A DNA stretch of 64,000 nt from Lama guanicoe. Its lineage: Eukaryota. Below the pieces are notes generated by a model. The model did not search any database. It worked only from the letters and a program-made list of their open reading frames with translations, and was not told the DNA's origin. This document shows positions 50,416-63,600 of the stretch, in pieces; positions within the stretch are counted from its first letter, which is position 1; each line of letters starts with the position of its first letter. The translations under genes were made by a program, and so were the position numbers. The stretch is taken from the NCBI GenBank assembly GCA_013239625.1, contig MU054212.1:3348001-3412000 (forward strand), read 5' to 3'.

Positions 50416-52547
50416 AAATTTTATTAGAACTGAATACGCCGTGTGAGGGTCACGTGTGCTGGTGCAGTGGGATCGAGTCCTAGGAAGATACTTGATCTGA
50501 GGGACCAGCATTTTCAAGTTGCTGCTTCTCTTCTCAGCCTCTAACACTGTGCACTCACCGGGAGATAATCTAAAAAGACATTCTTTGTTCCCCACAACTG
50601 GTTCCTCGATCAAGGAGGTGAACAGGTCCCTGTGGGAGAACGGAAAGGCTGCAGTGTTTCTCAGAGACGGACAGGTGGGCAGGGAGAGCTTACTAAGAAA
50701 CCAGGCAGGAGTGATGGGGCACATGAAAATTCAAAATAGAGGTACAGGGTGAGGGGGAGAGAGATGGCGCTTGATTTTGTGTGTGTGTGTTTGCTTGTTT
50801 TTTTTAATAATAAAAAAAATCACAACACAGGGGAAAACGATCTAACTTTAGCAAGCTCCTACAGCCTGGACGTCTCCAGCCACCTGGGAAAGCCTGGGGG
50901 CTCTGGTCACCGTCCTGAAGTGGCCATCTACCATTTCGATTACAAGCAGGAGATGGCATGTATAGAATATGGATAATTCCCCTAACAAAACAACATGCTT
51001 GATGATGACAGTGAATTGTTATTCATTCAATTAGCAAATGTTTACTGACTGCTGTTTATGTGACAGGCGTATTCAAAATCTGGACACACATCTCTGAAGA
51101 TACACAATTCCTGATTTCAAGGACCTCACAGCTAGGAAAAGGTGTGTCCAAGTGGGCAGATCACTGCAGTTCAGTTGCGTCTGTGGAATAAGGACCATGG
51201 TGCTATTTGAGTGGGGAGGAAAGATACCACATTTTTCTACTAGGATAGGGGCAGGCTTCTTGGAAGAGGAGATGCCTGAACTAACTTTAAAACTCAAGTA
51301 GTAGGATTTTACCAGATGGACCAAAATGAAAGAATAATTTGAGATAGAAGTAACATTTTGAGCAAAGCAGCTAAATATCAGATTCTGTGTAGCTCTCTAC
51401 ACATGAACCCATCCTTGGGCAGCGAGGAGCCTTTAAAGGATGTTCGTATTGGCATATTCTGAGATTTGCATACTAGAGTTTTAGTAGCTTGTTGAGGTTA
51501 TTCTGGACATGACAACACCGAGAGAAGAAACGGTAATAAAAATAAAAGCTGGAGTTTGTTGTTTACCGCGGGTAAGACACTCTTTGAAGCACTAACATGC
51601 AATATTTAATCTTTACAGCGGCCATGTGAGGTGATCTTATTACTGACTCTGTCTTAGAGGAGGACATGAGGGCACTGAGAAGGGAAGTAACTTGTAGGTG
51701 GTGTAGCTTGAAAACAGCAGAAACAGGATGTAAACCCAGGCAGTCTGGGTGCAGAATCTGTGTGATTAAATACAACACTTAGAAAGAGGCTGTTGCCACA
51801 CTGATGAAAAGTACTTGAACGTTAAGTAAAAGCATTTGAGAAAAAACTAGGAAAGGTAAGGCAGAGTTTAAATAATATTTAGGGAATAAAATCAGTAGGA
51901 CTTGCTAATAGGACATTGGGAGTTGAGTATGATACGAATCTGGGACGATTCTTTGACTTTAGGTTGAATAATTTCTCCTTTATATATCTGAGCAGAGACT
52001 TTAATCCAGATACCATGTTAAGGGGTTGGACTATAGTATTTAATGAAAAAAGATATGATTTTTGCCCTCAATTTTATAACTCTGCTTGGAAAAGTTTTTA
52101 ATTAACTGAATCATCATCCTATTCAATGTAAACTGCTATTGAAAAGAAGAAAAACTTTTTTTTCCTTTTTTTTTTTTAAACAAATGAGACTGTAAGGATT
52201 TTGAGCTAAGCTAGAGTTCAGAGAAGATGTCACTGAGGAAATAATGTTGGAGCTGAGACCTGAGGGCTGGACGGGTAGAAGTTTCAATTAGAGCAGGGCT
52301 GGTGGTGAGTGACAGTGTACCGTGCAGCATGAGAGACTTGAAGAGAGACACGTGCGGGAGGGGTGACAAGCGGATACGGAGGTACCAGAGGTGTCCAGAG
52401 TTTGCTGGACAGTGGGAAACACTGCTCTGCTGTTGGGAAAAGCCATCTGGACGAAACCTGAGGTCATTTCCAGGTCCCAGAGGGCACGGGAGGGGTATGG
52501 CTGGATGATGTGTGTAGGTGAGATTGCCCGGGGAGGGTGCGAGAAGC
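50416..52547 (+). repeat. Tandem duplication copy 2
   Basis: Starts 'aaattttattagaactgaatacgccg' and ends 'gggagggtgcgagaagc'. About 17 substitutions and one homopolymer indel versus copy 1 (counted by eye). Confidence 0.97.
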
Positions 52548-53039
52548 CAGCAGCACAACTTTTGAGGGCTGCGTAGAAAAGGGGTTCCCTAAGAACTGTG
52601 AAAACAAAGGGATCTGAGCGAGAGGAGGAAAACCAGACGGAAAAGACAGTGGGGGCGGCGCGGGGGCAGTAGAAGCCGGACTCTGCTCGAGGAAAGTAAA
52701 AGTTAGGAGAATGGAGGCTGGGAAGCCTATTTGCTGTGAAGGGAAGGAGAAAGGTGAGAGCGACCAGAAAAAGAACCAAGGACATTTTTTGTTGCTTTGT
52801 TTGTATATTAGTTTTGTGATGAAAAGTCTAGCACAAGTTTGTGAGCCTGAAGGGGAGGGTCATGAAGGGAGGGATGTGAAAGGAACATGGGGCTCCTTAG
52901 GGCTCACTGATGACGGAGGGTCTCAGGGGAGACGGGTGAGGACCGGGTCCCGGCACAGTGAGGGAAGACCTTTCACCAGAGGCATCTCCTCACCTGAGTC
53001 AGCAGGGGTGGATTGTTAGCACAGATGCTGTTGCTGGTG

Positions 53040-53235
53040 ACGAATATATTAGCCTGCAGGTTTTAAGTGCTCACGCGCTAGACCCTGTGCTAAGCTCTGC
53101 ACGCATGCTATCAGCTCCAAGTCTCCCAGTGCCTCTGAGGGAGGAAACCAGACCAGAGAGGCTAAGTGACTTGCTTAAGGGCACACCGCTAATAAGTGCC
53201 AGAGCTAGAACTTGAAACCGGAGCTGTCTGCTTCC
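53040..53235 (-). mobile_element. MIR SINE
   Basis: 'gaggaaaccagaccagagaggctaagtgacttgcttaagggcacaccgctaataagtgccagagctagaacttgaaacc'. Confidence 0.75.
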
Positions 53236-54373
53236 CACCCCGAGGAGGGGGACGTTGAGAGAATCCTGTGCTGTGGGGACAGAAATGGGAGCCGGCCAGC
53301 GTCACAGACTGTCCTCTGGTTCACGGGACCACGTGCAATTGTCCAAGCACCAGGCATGTGCAGTTTACTTAGATCTCAGAGTCATATTCAGCTTAGCTGA
53401 AGAGTTTACTTAGCTCAGGGGTGTTGCATTTGGCCAGAACAGACGGGTGTTCTTGGCAAAGCTCTCCTTCCTCCCTCCGCTCCGTGGAGACACACTGGTT
53501 GTCACGGCTGGTCTGAGGAGGCTGAGCAGGTCTGAGCAGGCCAAAAGCTCTGAATATTTCCTCCTGCCAAATGCTGTCACATATGCCTTCCTGGTACGCT
53601 AGGCTCAGGGGCTATAATAACAAGACCCTTCCAACAACAGGATGCACGCTGAAACTAACAATCCGCACTTCCACCGTCTATTTCCAATTTGCTTATGCAT
53701 TTGTGTGACTGTCCTAAAGGGGTCCGCGTTGGCTGTGGTCCCCTTTTCCCCCACGTGACCTCCTATGATGACAAGGACCACAGAAAGAGGAGCTAAGGAT
53801 GATACCAGGGATCATAGCAACAGATCAAGGAATTAATACTCTTCCACCAAAAACTCAACCATTAAGATGCAGAATTAGGTAACTGTGAGTAAATGATAGC
53901 TTTGCATAAGACAAGGACAGGAGATGGCTGTTAAAAAGACAATACAAGTCCGCCTCAAAAAGGACTTCAGCCCAAGTGACTTGATGCAGAGCTGTCTCAA
54001 TCTTCTGAAGACCGAAAGATAATAGCAGGGTGGGGGTGAGGTGGGACAAGGTCGCGGAAAGGACCAGTATAGGCAGCATCACCACTGCCGTCCTCATCGT
54101 GATTTGGGTGAAGTACCTTCCCGGTCAGCTCTTCTGTATCTCCTGATGAACAGTTACGTGGGAAGGAAGCTTCTCAAGGTTATTCCCTTGCAAATAACAG
54201 CTAGAGCTGCTTCTGACTTGTCTCCAGGCAGAATATTCTGATATTATTATTTATTTTCATTTTGTCTTGTTCTGAAAACGGTTTGAGCTGTCTTACAAAG
54301 TTCAGTCTATACTATGCAACATAAATAGATGAGAAAAAAAAAACCCAGGAAAATAAACCTATGGGTAAATATT

Positions 54374-54394
54374 TGTGTGTGCGTGTGTGTGTGT

Positions 54395-54428
<34 letters not shown>
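54374..54428. repeat. Compound (TG)n(AG)n microsatellite
   Basis: Directly visible. Confidence 0.95.
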
Positions 54429-55299
54429 ATAAGAGAATCTGAATGTGATGACTATCTTTTTTTTTTAAAACAGGACTTATTTGTCTTCTAGTTTCTGATT
54501 CTGCCTACACCCTCCCTTTATAGGTTATCACAAAAAAAGTATGTCTTTTAATTTGACCAAATGCAAACTTGTATCTCTACTAGAGGGGGAGGTGATGAAA
54601 AGCCTCTCTTGAGAAAAGTGAATGGACAAATAAAGATTTCTCATCCCAGACGAAAGAAAATAACCCAGGAAGGGAGCCAAAGAAAGAAGATTCCGAGGAG
54701 AGAGATGGAAGGTGATGCCAAGAGGCAAACACATAAAAAAGATTTAGAGATCTGGCTAATTAAAAATTTAAAAGCTTTATTTGTCAAAAACATCATAAAC
54801 AACCCAAATGTTCCCAGACAGAGGACAGGTTGAAACCACTGAAGTGCATTTGCTGTGTCGGTGGGAAAGTGCTGAGCCCGGGCGGTCTCCGGTTGAGGTT
54901 AAGCCTCAGTTCAAGGTCGTGCAGCCAAGCTGCAGGCTGACACCTCTCTGCGCCATGGTCCGTGCTCTTAGCCATTGTTCCTCTTTCTGCTTCTATAAAT
55001 TCCCCTGGGATTTATCTATTTCTTTCTCTTTGAAATCTTGCTGTTTCCTTTATTATTTCTATATATTTTGTTTTGTTTTTATATTCAACATATTCTTGAG
55101 TGACTCTTTAGTTGTTCAGTGATTTTCTTGGTATTCTGTTAATGTTTATTAAATAAATACTTCCTATGGAAAGTAAAAGCTCCAATTTCATCCCCAGCAG
55201 GTATAATAGATAGATTATTTGAAAAAAAAATTGTCAACTGGGCATCTTCTAATTTAAAACAATAGATTTGAGGTTGCTACTTAAAGCCTAAATTAATAT

Positions 55300-55985
55300 T
55301 TTAAAAATAACAAGTGTTGGTGAGGAGGTAGAGAAATTGGAACCTTGTGCAATACTGGTAGGAATGCAAAATGGTGTCATGCAAAACAATGTGGCCATTC
55401 CCTAGAAAATTTAAAGTAGAATTACTATGTGATCCAACAATCCCACTACTGAGTGTATACCCAAAATAACTGAAAGCAGGTTCTCAGAGAAGTATTTGTA
55501 CGTCCGTGTTCATAACAGCATTATTCACGATAACCAAAAGGAGGAAGCAGCGCAAGTGTCCATCAGTGACTGAATGGATAAACAAAATGTAATATACACA
55601 TACAATGGACTATTATTTGGCCTTAAACGGGAAGGAAATTCTGACACACGCTACAGCATGGGTGAAACTTGAGGGTGTTACACTAAGTGAAAGAAGCCAG
55701 TCACAAAAACCAAATATTGCAATATCCCACTTACATGAGGTAGCCAGAGAAGTCAAATCCATACACAGGAAAAAGGACTGTTGTAGCCCGGGGCTAGGGT
55801 GAGGGGAAAATGGGGAGTTGCTATTTAATGCATGTAGTTTTAGTTTTGCAAGATGAAAAGAGTTCCGGCTGTTGGCTGCACAACCATGTGAATATACTTA
55901 ACACTGTTGAACCGAACACTTAAAAATTGTTAAGTTGGTAAGGTTTCTTATATATACACATATTCACTACAATTAAAAAAAATTA
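55300..55985 (+). mobile_element. L1 (L1MB-like) ORF2 end and 3'UTR
   Basis: 'aataacaagtgttggtgaggaggtagagaaattggaacc...tttgcaagatgaaaagagttc...atatacttaacactgttgaaccgaacacttaaaa'. Confidence 0.85.
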
Positions 55986-58129
55986 AAAACCCTAACTCAG
56001 TTATTCTTCTGTAAGGTACAAATTTATTTTCTTACCGTTTTTCCATATACCTTATGGACAGCATATCCCAATATGCAGAAAACCCCATTATGTTGTGTAT
56101 AATGGGGTTTGGCTCCATATATATATATATGCATATATGAATTCAAAACTGGAAGAATAGAAACCAGGCATGAACAAAAGATAAAATGAACGAGGGCTTA
56201 CATCCCAATTACTAATAATGTGCTTAACTATTCAAAATGGGAACTTTCTGAATGCTTTAATTCAAGTCTCCCGATAAAAAGCCTATTTTTGACTTGAAAT
56301 GAAGAACAATTAATTCTACTATAGGCTTCCGTCATGACGATAATACTGGAACCTGATTATACTTTATAATGATAGCAGATAGGGTAATTTAAAAAAATGT
56401 TTTATCGGATCCATGAAGGGATCATTGTGTGACCTGCATTTAAAAAAATCCACTCTCCAAAGAATTATCTGTGCCGAGGCTGTGACTGTGAGGTCAAGTT
56501 ATGTGTTTGAAGCTGATTAATCCCTTTCCGGGGGTGACTGCTGTAACTTGTACTGTTTACAATTAATCCCTTCTGGAATCTGGCCCTGAGTTATTTTTAT
56601 ATGAAATCTCAGAATCCATGCAATATTCATATCTCATATATAGACACATAATAGTGGGCAAGAGTCTTACCATTATGCATGGATTCATTCAAATTTGATA
56701 GAATTATCTCTCTCCAGAGATAGATTATGAAAGTCTCTTAAAAGAACAGATTTCCATACTAACTTTGAACTTAATCAGCTATTTCATAATTGTTCCAGGA
56801 CTGCTACAAGGAATCCCATGACTTCTTATTATTCGGAGCAGCAAGACAGAAATGTATGCAACCTTCCTTCCCTTTAGGAGGTGGCAAAAGGTCTCAGAGC
56901 TTACCTTTCACATGTTAATATTTCAGAACTCTATTATTCTGGCATGGGGGTAAAAAAAAAAAAAGGAAAGTAACTTTCTAGATTCTTCAGTATTCTTCCC
57001 TTTCCTTACTCTCCAAAGCATCTTTCATGTAACTAAAATTCTTTTAACGCCTCTGCAGTCATTGCAAGAACTTTCATTTGTGATGTTTCACTAGGAAAAT
57101 ATTGAGTATTTGCCATTTGAAATGGAAACACAAAATAAACAGTTTACTCCTTCCACTGCATTGTTTGTATCTCTTTAACTGCAGTTAACAAATGAGATTC
57201 CAGAAAGATTTTGAGGACATCATTGGTTAGTTACAGGTACCATAGAGACCACATTTTTGCTTTTTTCTTTTCTTGCTTTTATTTTTTCATTTGCTAATAA
57301 TTTATATATTTAAAATAATACCCTCTAAAAATTAAATTCTTATGGAGAATATATGTATATGTGCTGCCAATATGTCTGTCAAATTACATATTGCATTGCT
57401 GCCTGAAACAGGGAAAGTAACTGCACTGGCATGTATGAACTCAACTAGAGGTGGTTTCTCGTCTTTATTTCGGGGGTGGTCATCTAATTCAGGAAGACAT
57501 GGGAAGACAGTTTGTGTCTTCAGTTGTGCATTGCAACCTACTCGTATGACTTTTCCTCCCCGAACTGTAAGTTTATGGAAGTCAAGGACTGTCTTTCCCT
57601 GGGATGTGGATCTTGGAAAAGCTCCACATGTCCAGCCTGACAGAAGAACCACTGTGCTAGAAATGTACCCCAACAGTGTTCCTACGGAAAGGACAGGACG
57701 TGGGTGGCACGTGTCTCGTGGCAGGGCTTCTGTGCACGCATGGCAGGCAGTACTGCCTGACCGTGGGGTTCTCCAGGTTAGCCTCAGCGTTCGTGCCCAG
57801 GAAGTCAGCACTTCAGCACAATAGTTGGAGCCTGTTTGCCATCCCTGGTCTAAAACATTGTCTACCTTTGCACAGTGATTAGATTCTATAAAGACTCTTG
57901 GACAAATCTATTTCCTGTGTTGCTACAAAGTAGTATCAAGTGATAGCATGGTAATTCAACACGGTCATTTTTCAATTAATGGAAATAATTGAACTTGATG
58001 CTTTTCTATTTTCCAGAAATAATTCTCTTCTCATTGTCAGCCATTTAGGCTCCCACCCAGAAAATATGTTATGGGTCAAATCTGGTAACGTTTGGTAATA
58101 TTTCCCTGTTAGTCTCACTACCTAAAGAG

Positions 58130-58365
58130 AAGGATGTAGCCTAGTGACTAATCATACAAAGTCTGTATTCAGAGTGTTTGAATCCAAGCCGTAGCTCTTC
58201 ACTTATTCCGTGATCTTAGGAAGATAACAGAACCTCTTTATTGCCTTGATTTACCCACTAGCAAATAGGTACATAAGAGTTGTGAGAAATAAATGCATGA
58301 GAAGCAATTAATACCCGACTAGTGGAGGGGAGACCCTCCACAGTTATGGATTATTTTTGTTATTA
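58130..58365 (+). mobile_element. MIR SINE
   Basis: 'gtttgaatccaagccgtagctcttcactt...gtgatcttaggaagataacagaacctct'. Confidence 0.55.
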
Positions 58366-58599
58366 GTCATACAATTTAGAAGCATTATTTTATATCACCT
58401 TTCCTAAAAGTGATCTTTTTTGACAATAGAAATTTCAGAAATTTCTTATTTGTTTAGTATTCTTGTAAGCACTTTGGGAGTTCTTTAGCACTGTTTAAAT
58501 ACATGTGCAAGCTATGCCTATATGAAGATGAATATATTACTTGGTTTCAAAAGCTAGAATACCTGTAGATGATTTTACTTTTATTCACCATCTGTCTTT

Positions 58600-58830
58600 T
58601 ATCTATTCATCCATCCATCCACCCATCCAATAAATATTCGACAAGTGCCTGCGCTGGTGAAATAAAGATAAACAAGGTGCATTATCTGCCTTTAATGATC
58701 TCCCATCCTCTGATGGGAGAGACAGACAGACAATTACAATCCTGAGTGTGATGTACCAGGAGATGACCATGCTTGGGGTGATATAAAAGGGCACAGAGGA
58801 TGAATTTCAATGTCTTGAAGGTCAGGGAAG
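58600..58830 (-). mobile_element. L2 3' end
   Basis: 'ttcatccatccatccacccatccaataaatattcgacaagtgcct...'. Confidence 0.6.
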
Positions 58831-61500
58831 ACTTTCAGTTTTTCTAGTAATGCTCAGTTTATTTAAAAGGAATTGTTTTTTAGTTGACCTTAGCTCCAAA
58901 TTACCTTAGATAAATGAATTCAGAGCCTTATAGAAAACACTTAGGGCAAACCCAGCTTCATTCAAAGCTGGAAGAGAGAAACTTCTTTTTTAATCTCATG
59001 GCTATTTTACTTTAGGGAGCAGAACGCGCTGATTATGGCTATTTGGCTGCCTCTCGGTCCTGTTTTCCAAAAGGGTATTGGTGTATTTTATACAGCTGAG
59101 CTGAATAAACCCCAGTACTTACCACTGTAATTTACTGCATGTGAAACTGACTTGTCCCCTCGATCATGAAGTAAATTCACTAGGGAAAGTTTTCATCCCA
59201 CTTTTATATTTCAGAAATAAATCATTCTTTCTGCACAAAACACGTACAAAGCTATAAAACTTAGACTACGCGTTAGTAATTATTTTAAGGCTTATAAATC
59301 CTAGATTACTTTATAGTGTGGCCAAAGGAATCTTTTTTTTTATCCAGATCTTTTATTTTTATCTAGTCAAATGGGTCATTGGTTATACAGAGTCTTTACA
59401 GATTTGAATTTAGAAAGCTGTGCATTTTTATAATGTTAGTTTGCTTGCTAATGCAAAATGTTAAGATACCTGTACTCTTGATTTTTCTTTTATTCAAGGT
59501 CCCTGGACACAAGGAATCATATTATCTTATCACTGGGAATTTACAGGGTACTTCTTGTATCAATGAGTCAGTAACAGATCCAATGTAAATGAAAGAAAGA
59601 ATGAAAACATTTCAAAATCCCTGAAAATCATTGCTCCTGGAACATTCAGCCATGGCACTGAATTTAGGACTGTCAGGGACATTGCCACAGGCACGAGCAC
59701 CAGCCAACTGCATAGGTTAATGATGATAAAGTTTGCCAACTGCACTCTTGATTGCTTTTTTTTTTTTAACCCTTTTTAAGAAATACCCTTGAACCACTTC
59801 AAATAATGAGGAACTAAACAACATACTCATTCCTTATTTATGAACCAGAAACCAGGAGACCAATTTGCTTTGGAAATGTAGTCATTCAAACACACAAACA
59901 TCGCTCTTTGGATAGAAGGAGCCATTTTGTATGGAAGAGTAGAAATCCCTTCATTATTTCTGAAGACCAACAGTAAAGCTTTGTAGAGAAAGTCTTTCCC
60001 GAATCCTCCATGACTGTAATTCAGTTTTGATGAAACAAAAAGTGAAAGTGGAAGGTTAAGTGCTCCATCTAGAGTACAGAGGAGCCAAGTTTAAAAACCC
60101 AGAAGGGGTCCTTCCGGAAAAGGCTTTCTCAGAAATAACCTGTCATATGAGAAGCAGACAGGACAATGATGAAACACTATCTTCATTGCTTATAAACTTA
60201 GAAATCGCTTTCTGTTAATTGAATTAGAACCAACAAGCATTCTCAGAATTGCTTGCTTTCTTAAGCAGGTCTTGAGGAATTGCTTGCAAACTTGTTCTGT
60301 TTCTCAAACTCATCAATCCAATCATACACAGCATTTCAATACTTCAACTAACCCCCTAGATGCATTCACAAAATTGTGAAGGTCACCTGAAAATATTGAA
60401 AGAGTGAATGTGGCATCAGTTGCTTAATTATTGTTTAACATAATATGTTAAAAAAAAAAAGCTTTGTCTTCCATTATTAAGGCAGCACTGGCTGGGTTTC
60501 AAATACTGAATATCATAGCATCTCCTATATTTGTCCTCCAGAGGCCATATTCATGACGTCTGTGTTTTGTTGAGATTAACACCTGTTTTTCCTTTCTTCC
60601 CAGGGCAATCATTTACCATTTACCACGAAGCTCATGAAGTCATGCTTCAGGACCTTTCTCTCTTACGGAGCGTCACTGCAGTGGCTGTGGACATTCAGAG
60701 GGTCTTGCTAACTACAAATTGAGTTGTGGGTACATTTCCATTGGCTTTAGTGGGATATAATTGATTCGCCATCTTTTTTGTTTGTAATTAAGCTAATATG
60801 TTAGCTGGGCTGGTGTAGGAATAACTCGTCATGGTATTCTGATACTTTGCAGAAGAAATATTTGTATAATGGAGGAGAAGAAACAAGTTTGTCCTTGGCA
60901 AATTTGTCCAAATTGTTCAGCTCACAAATATGACATGTATCAGGAATTACCCAAATTTGAAAACAACCATAAAAATTTACATTGATATTACCAAATAAGT
61001 TTGGAACTGAAAGACACATTTTTTAAAATTATCCTCAAAACAAATAAATGTCCATTACTCAAGCTAAAGGAAAAACTAAATTGCCTATTAAAAATTATTG
61101 TATAAATAGATAATCAAAGAGCATGAATGTAGCCCCAAAACGTAAGAAATAAAAATACTATAAAGGTGTATTAGGCCATTAATTTATAAAATGTATTATT
61201 TTGGGGTTTTGGTAATAGTTAATTTGTTAGCTTTGAAAAATTTTTACTGTTATAATTTTCTCTCACTCTAAATATCATTCACTTAATCTAATTTTGTATT
61301 TTTTATTTTTAATAAATGTTAACATTTTGATTTAGGGAAAAATTCAAACAATGAAAAGAAAAATTTTAAAAATTAAGAATATCTCCATTGCTTCAGCAGG
61401 GCAAGAGCAATTAAATTCCCTCTTCTATTGCATGTTTACTTGTGCAACATTCATTTTTCATTATATTTTTATAAAGGTCTTTAAAACTACTGCTCTTCAT

Positions 61501-61758
61501 TCACATATATAGAGAACAAACTGGTGGTTACCATGAGGAAAGGGAAGGGGGTGGGGGCAACATGGGGGTAGAGGATTTAGAGGTACAAACTATTATGTAT
61601 AAAATAAGCTACAAGGATGTATTGTACAACACAGGGAATGTAGCCAATATTTTATAATAACTATAAATGGAGTATAACCTTTAAAATATGTGAATCACTA
61701 TACTGTATACCTGTATCCGTAACTTACATCATATTGTACATCAACTATAATTTTTTAA
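61501..61758 (+). mobile_element. L1 3'UTR fragment with degenerate TSD
   Basis: 'agagaacaaactggtggttacc...gtacaaactattatgtataaaataagctacaaggatgtattgtacaacacaggg'; flanks aaaactactgctcttcat / aatactgttgctcttcat. Confidence 0.8.
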
Positions 61759-63314
61759 AATACTGTTGCTCTTCATGGTCTTCTAAGCATATAAAGACAT
61801 GTGTCTTTTGCCTCTGTACTCTTTTTCTTCAAAAGGGCACCCAATCCACCTATCCCTGTCAATAATTTTTGTAGTACCTAGAAATTCAGTTTACAATGAC
61901 TGAGATAGCTTCTATCTTATTTTCTCCTTTTTTTTATGAGTCATCTTTAGCCATTTCACTTTTTATTGCATTCCATCAGCAAACTAGACTTCGAACTCCC
62001 CAGAAATCAATCTAGCTTTTTGTTAACAGGTATGTTATGAGAAGAAGTCACGGAGACTACAGTCTTCAAACATGTTCCCTCCAATTTCCCTCTTAGTAAG
62101 TAAAGAACCCAGGACTCCTCTTTTCTAAAATCGCTTCAGCTTTTTGGGAAGACTGCTTCTAGCAGGTCGGAAGTATTTCTGACAACCAGAGATTCTGTTT
62201 GAAAAGAGTTTCATGCTAAAACCAAAAACGATTCTTAAACCTTGAGTCTCTAGTAGTCCTGAGTCATTATGAGTTGGTAAGTAGCCGTAGAGTAGGCTGG
62301 ACTTTTGACATTTGACTGGTGATCTCTGTTATGAGAGGTTACAAGAGATTTTTGAAATACATGAAGTAACATTCAGAGGACAGTGATGGTTGTGACAGAC
62401 TGAAATATTTTGTAAGAAAAAAAATAGATTGGTGAATGTTGAATTTTAAAAAAATAGCTACAATATTTTCTACAAACCAAAATCTTCTACGAGCTCTAAT
62501 TCCTGTGTGCATAGCAATCAGGTTCAGGCGGAATCCTAGAAGGCGTAGAAAGTGCTGTGTTTCACTAACATGAATAATTAACCGGAGAAGGACATGCAAT
62601 ATTCATAGCGGGAAATTATTAAAGGAGATTGCAGGAGGGGAGAAAATATCTAAAAATTGAAGAAAAATGAATCATTCAGCTTATGGCATTTCCTTTATTC
62701 ATTTATATGATTAATTAAAAAAAAAACTTTTCCTTTTGGGCCCATGACAGACATGGATGTGCTAGACTGTAGGACCCTTGGACTGTACTGGATGCCAGGA
62801 TTGAAACAATAAGGGATTCCATGGTGCGGGTGCCTTCTGCTGGGAGACAGGCCTCTGGACTAGGGGAAGTGGGACTCACGCTTTGCTTTTTGATTTTAAG
62901 CCCCTTCCAATAATATGACAGCTGTTACTTTGGGAGTCAGAGCAATTGTTCAGTTCAGTGTCACAACCTGCAAGTAATCTATGTTATTGGAAGTTCTCAC
63001 TTTTGTGGGAACAGATTATGGTGATGGGCTCTAGAAAATCTATTGAATAAATAAATATTTCCAGGCAGATGTTGCTTTTCTGCCCCAAGCCAACAGCAAT
63101 TGTGAGGCACAGAGCTTAGGGGTCACTGGTAGGGATATTAATTCACATCATAAAGCTTTGTCTAGGAGTGTCCACGAAATGATAAACAACTATTATTTCC
63201 TTGATGCGAAGTGATGAAAATGGGTCAAAAGAACAACATGTCTGAGATGTCATTTCTCCCGCCAGACACACAGCATCCATTCCCAGATGTTCTTATTTGC
63301 GTAAGAGGAAAACT

Positions 63315-63600
63315 GGGATTTCCGCCCCTCCTCCTAAAACCTGTTGGTCGGAGATCCTGGGTGCTTTAGTCCTTCAGAAAGGACTTTCAAGGATCACTTT
63401 CAAGTCCGGGAACTGGGGGTCTGATGTGAGCCTGAGCTAAGGCTACCACATGTAGCACTTTCTAGTTAAATCGCGCATCGTACTGCTGAGCTGACGTCAG
63501 GGCGGGCTCTGAAAGACTGCATCGTTCAGGTGTGGCCCCAAGAACAATGATGTCCCAATTAGCTGTGTCCAACCACCCAGATAACGTCACATCATCACCA
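63315..63600. promoter_or_regulatory. Candidate CRE plus GC-box regulatory element
   Basis: Palindromic CTGACGTCAG (63491-63500) abuts GGGCGG; second GC box CCGCCC at ~63322; half CRE at ~63584; locally raised CpG. Confidence 0.35.

Noticed and set aside
57332..57824. Overlapping 159/160-aa ORFs on opposite strands
   Set aside because: No recognisable motif or convincing splice context; consistent with chance in a locally GC-richer patch.
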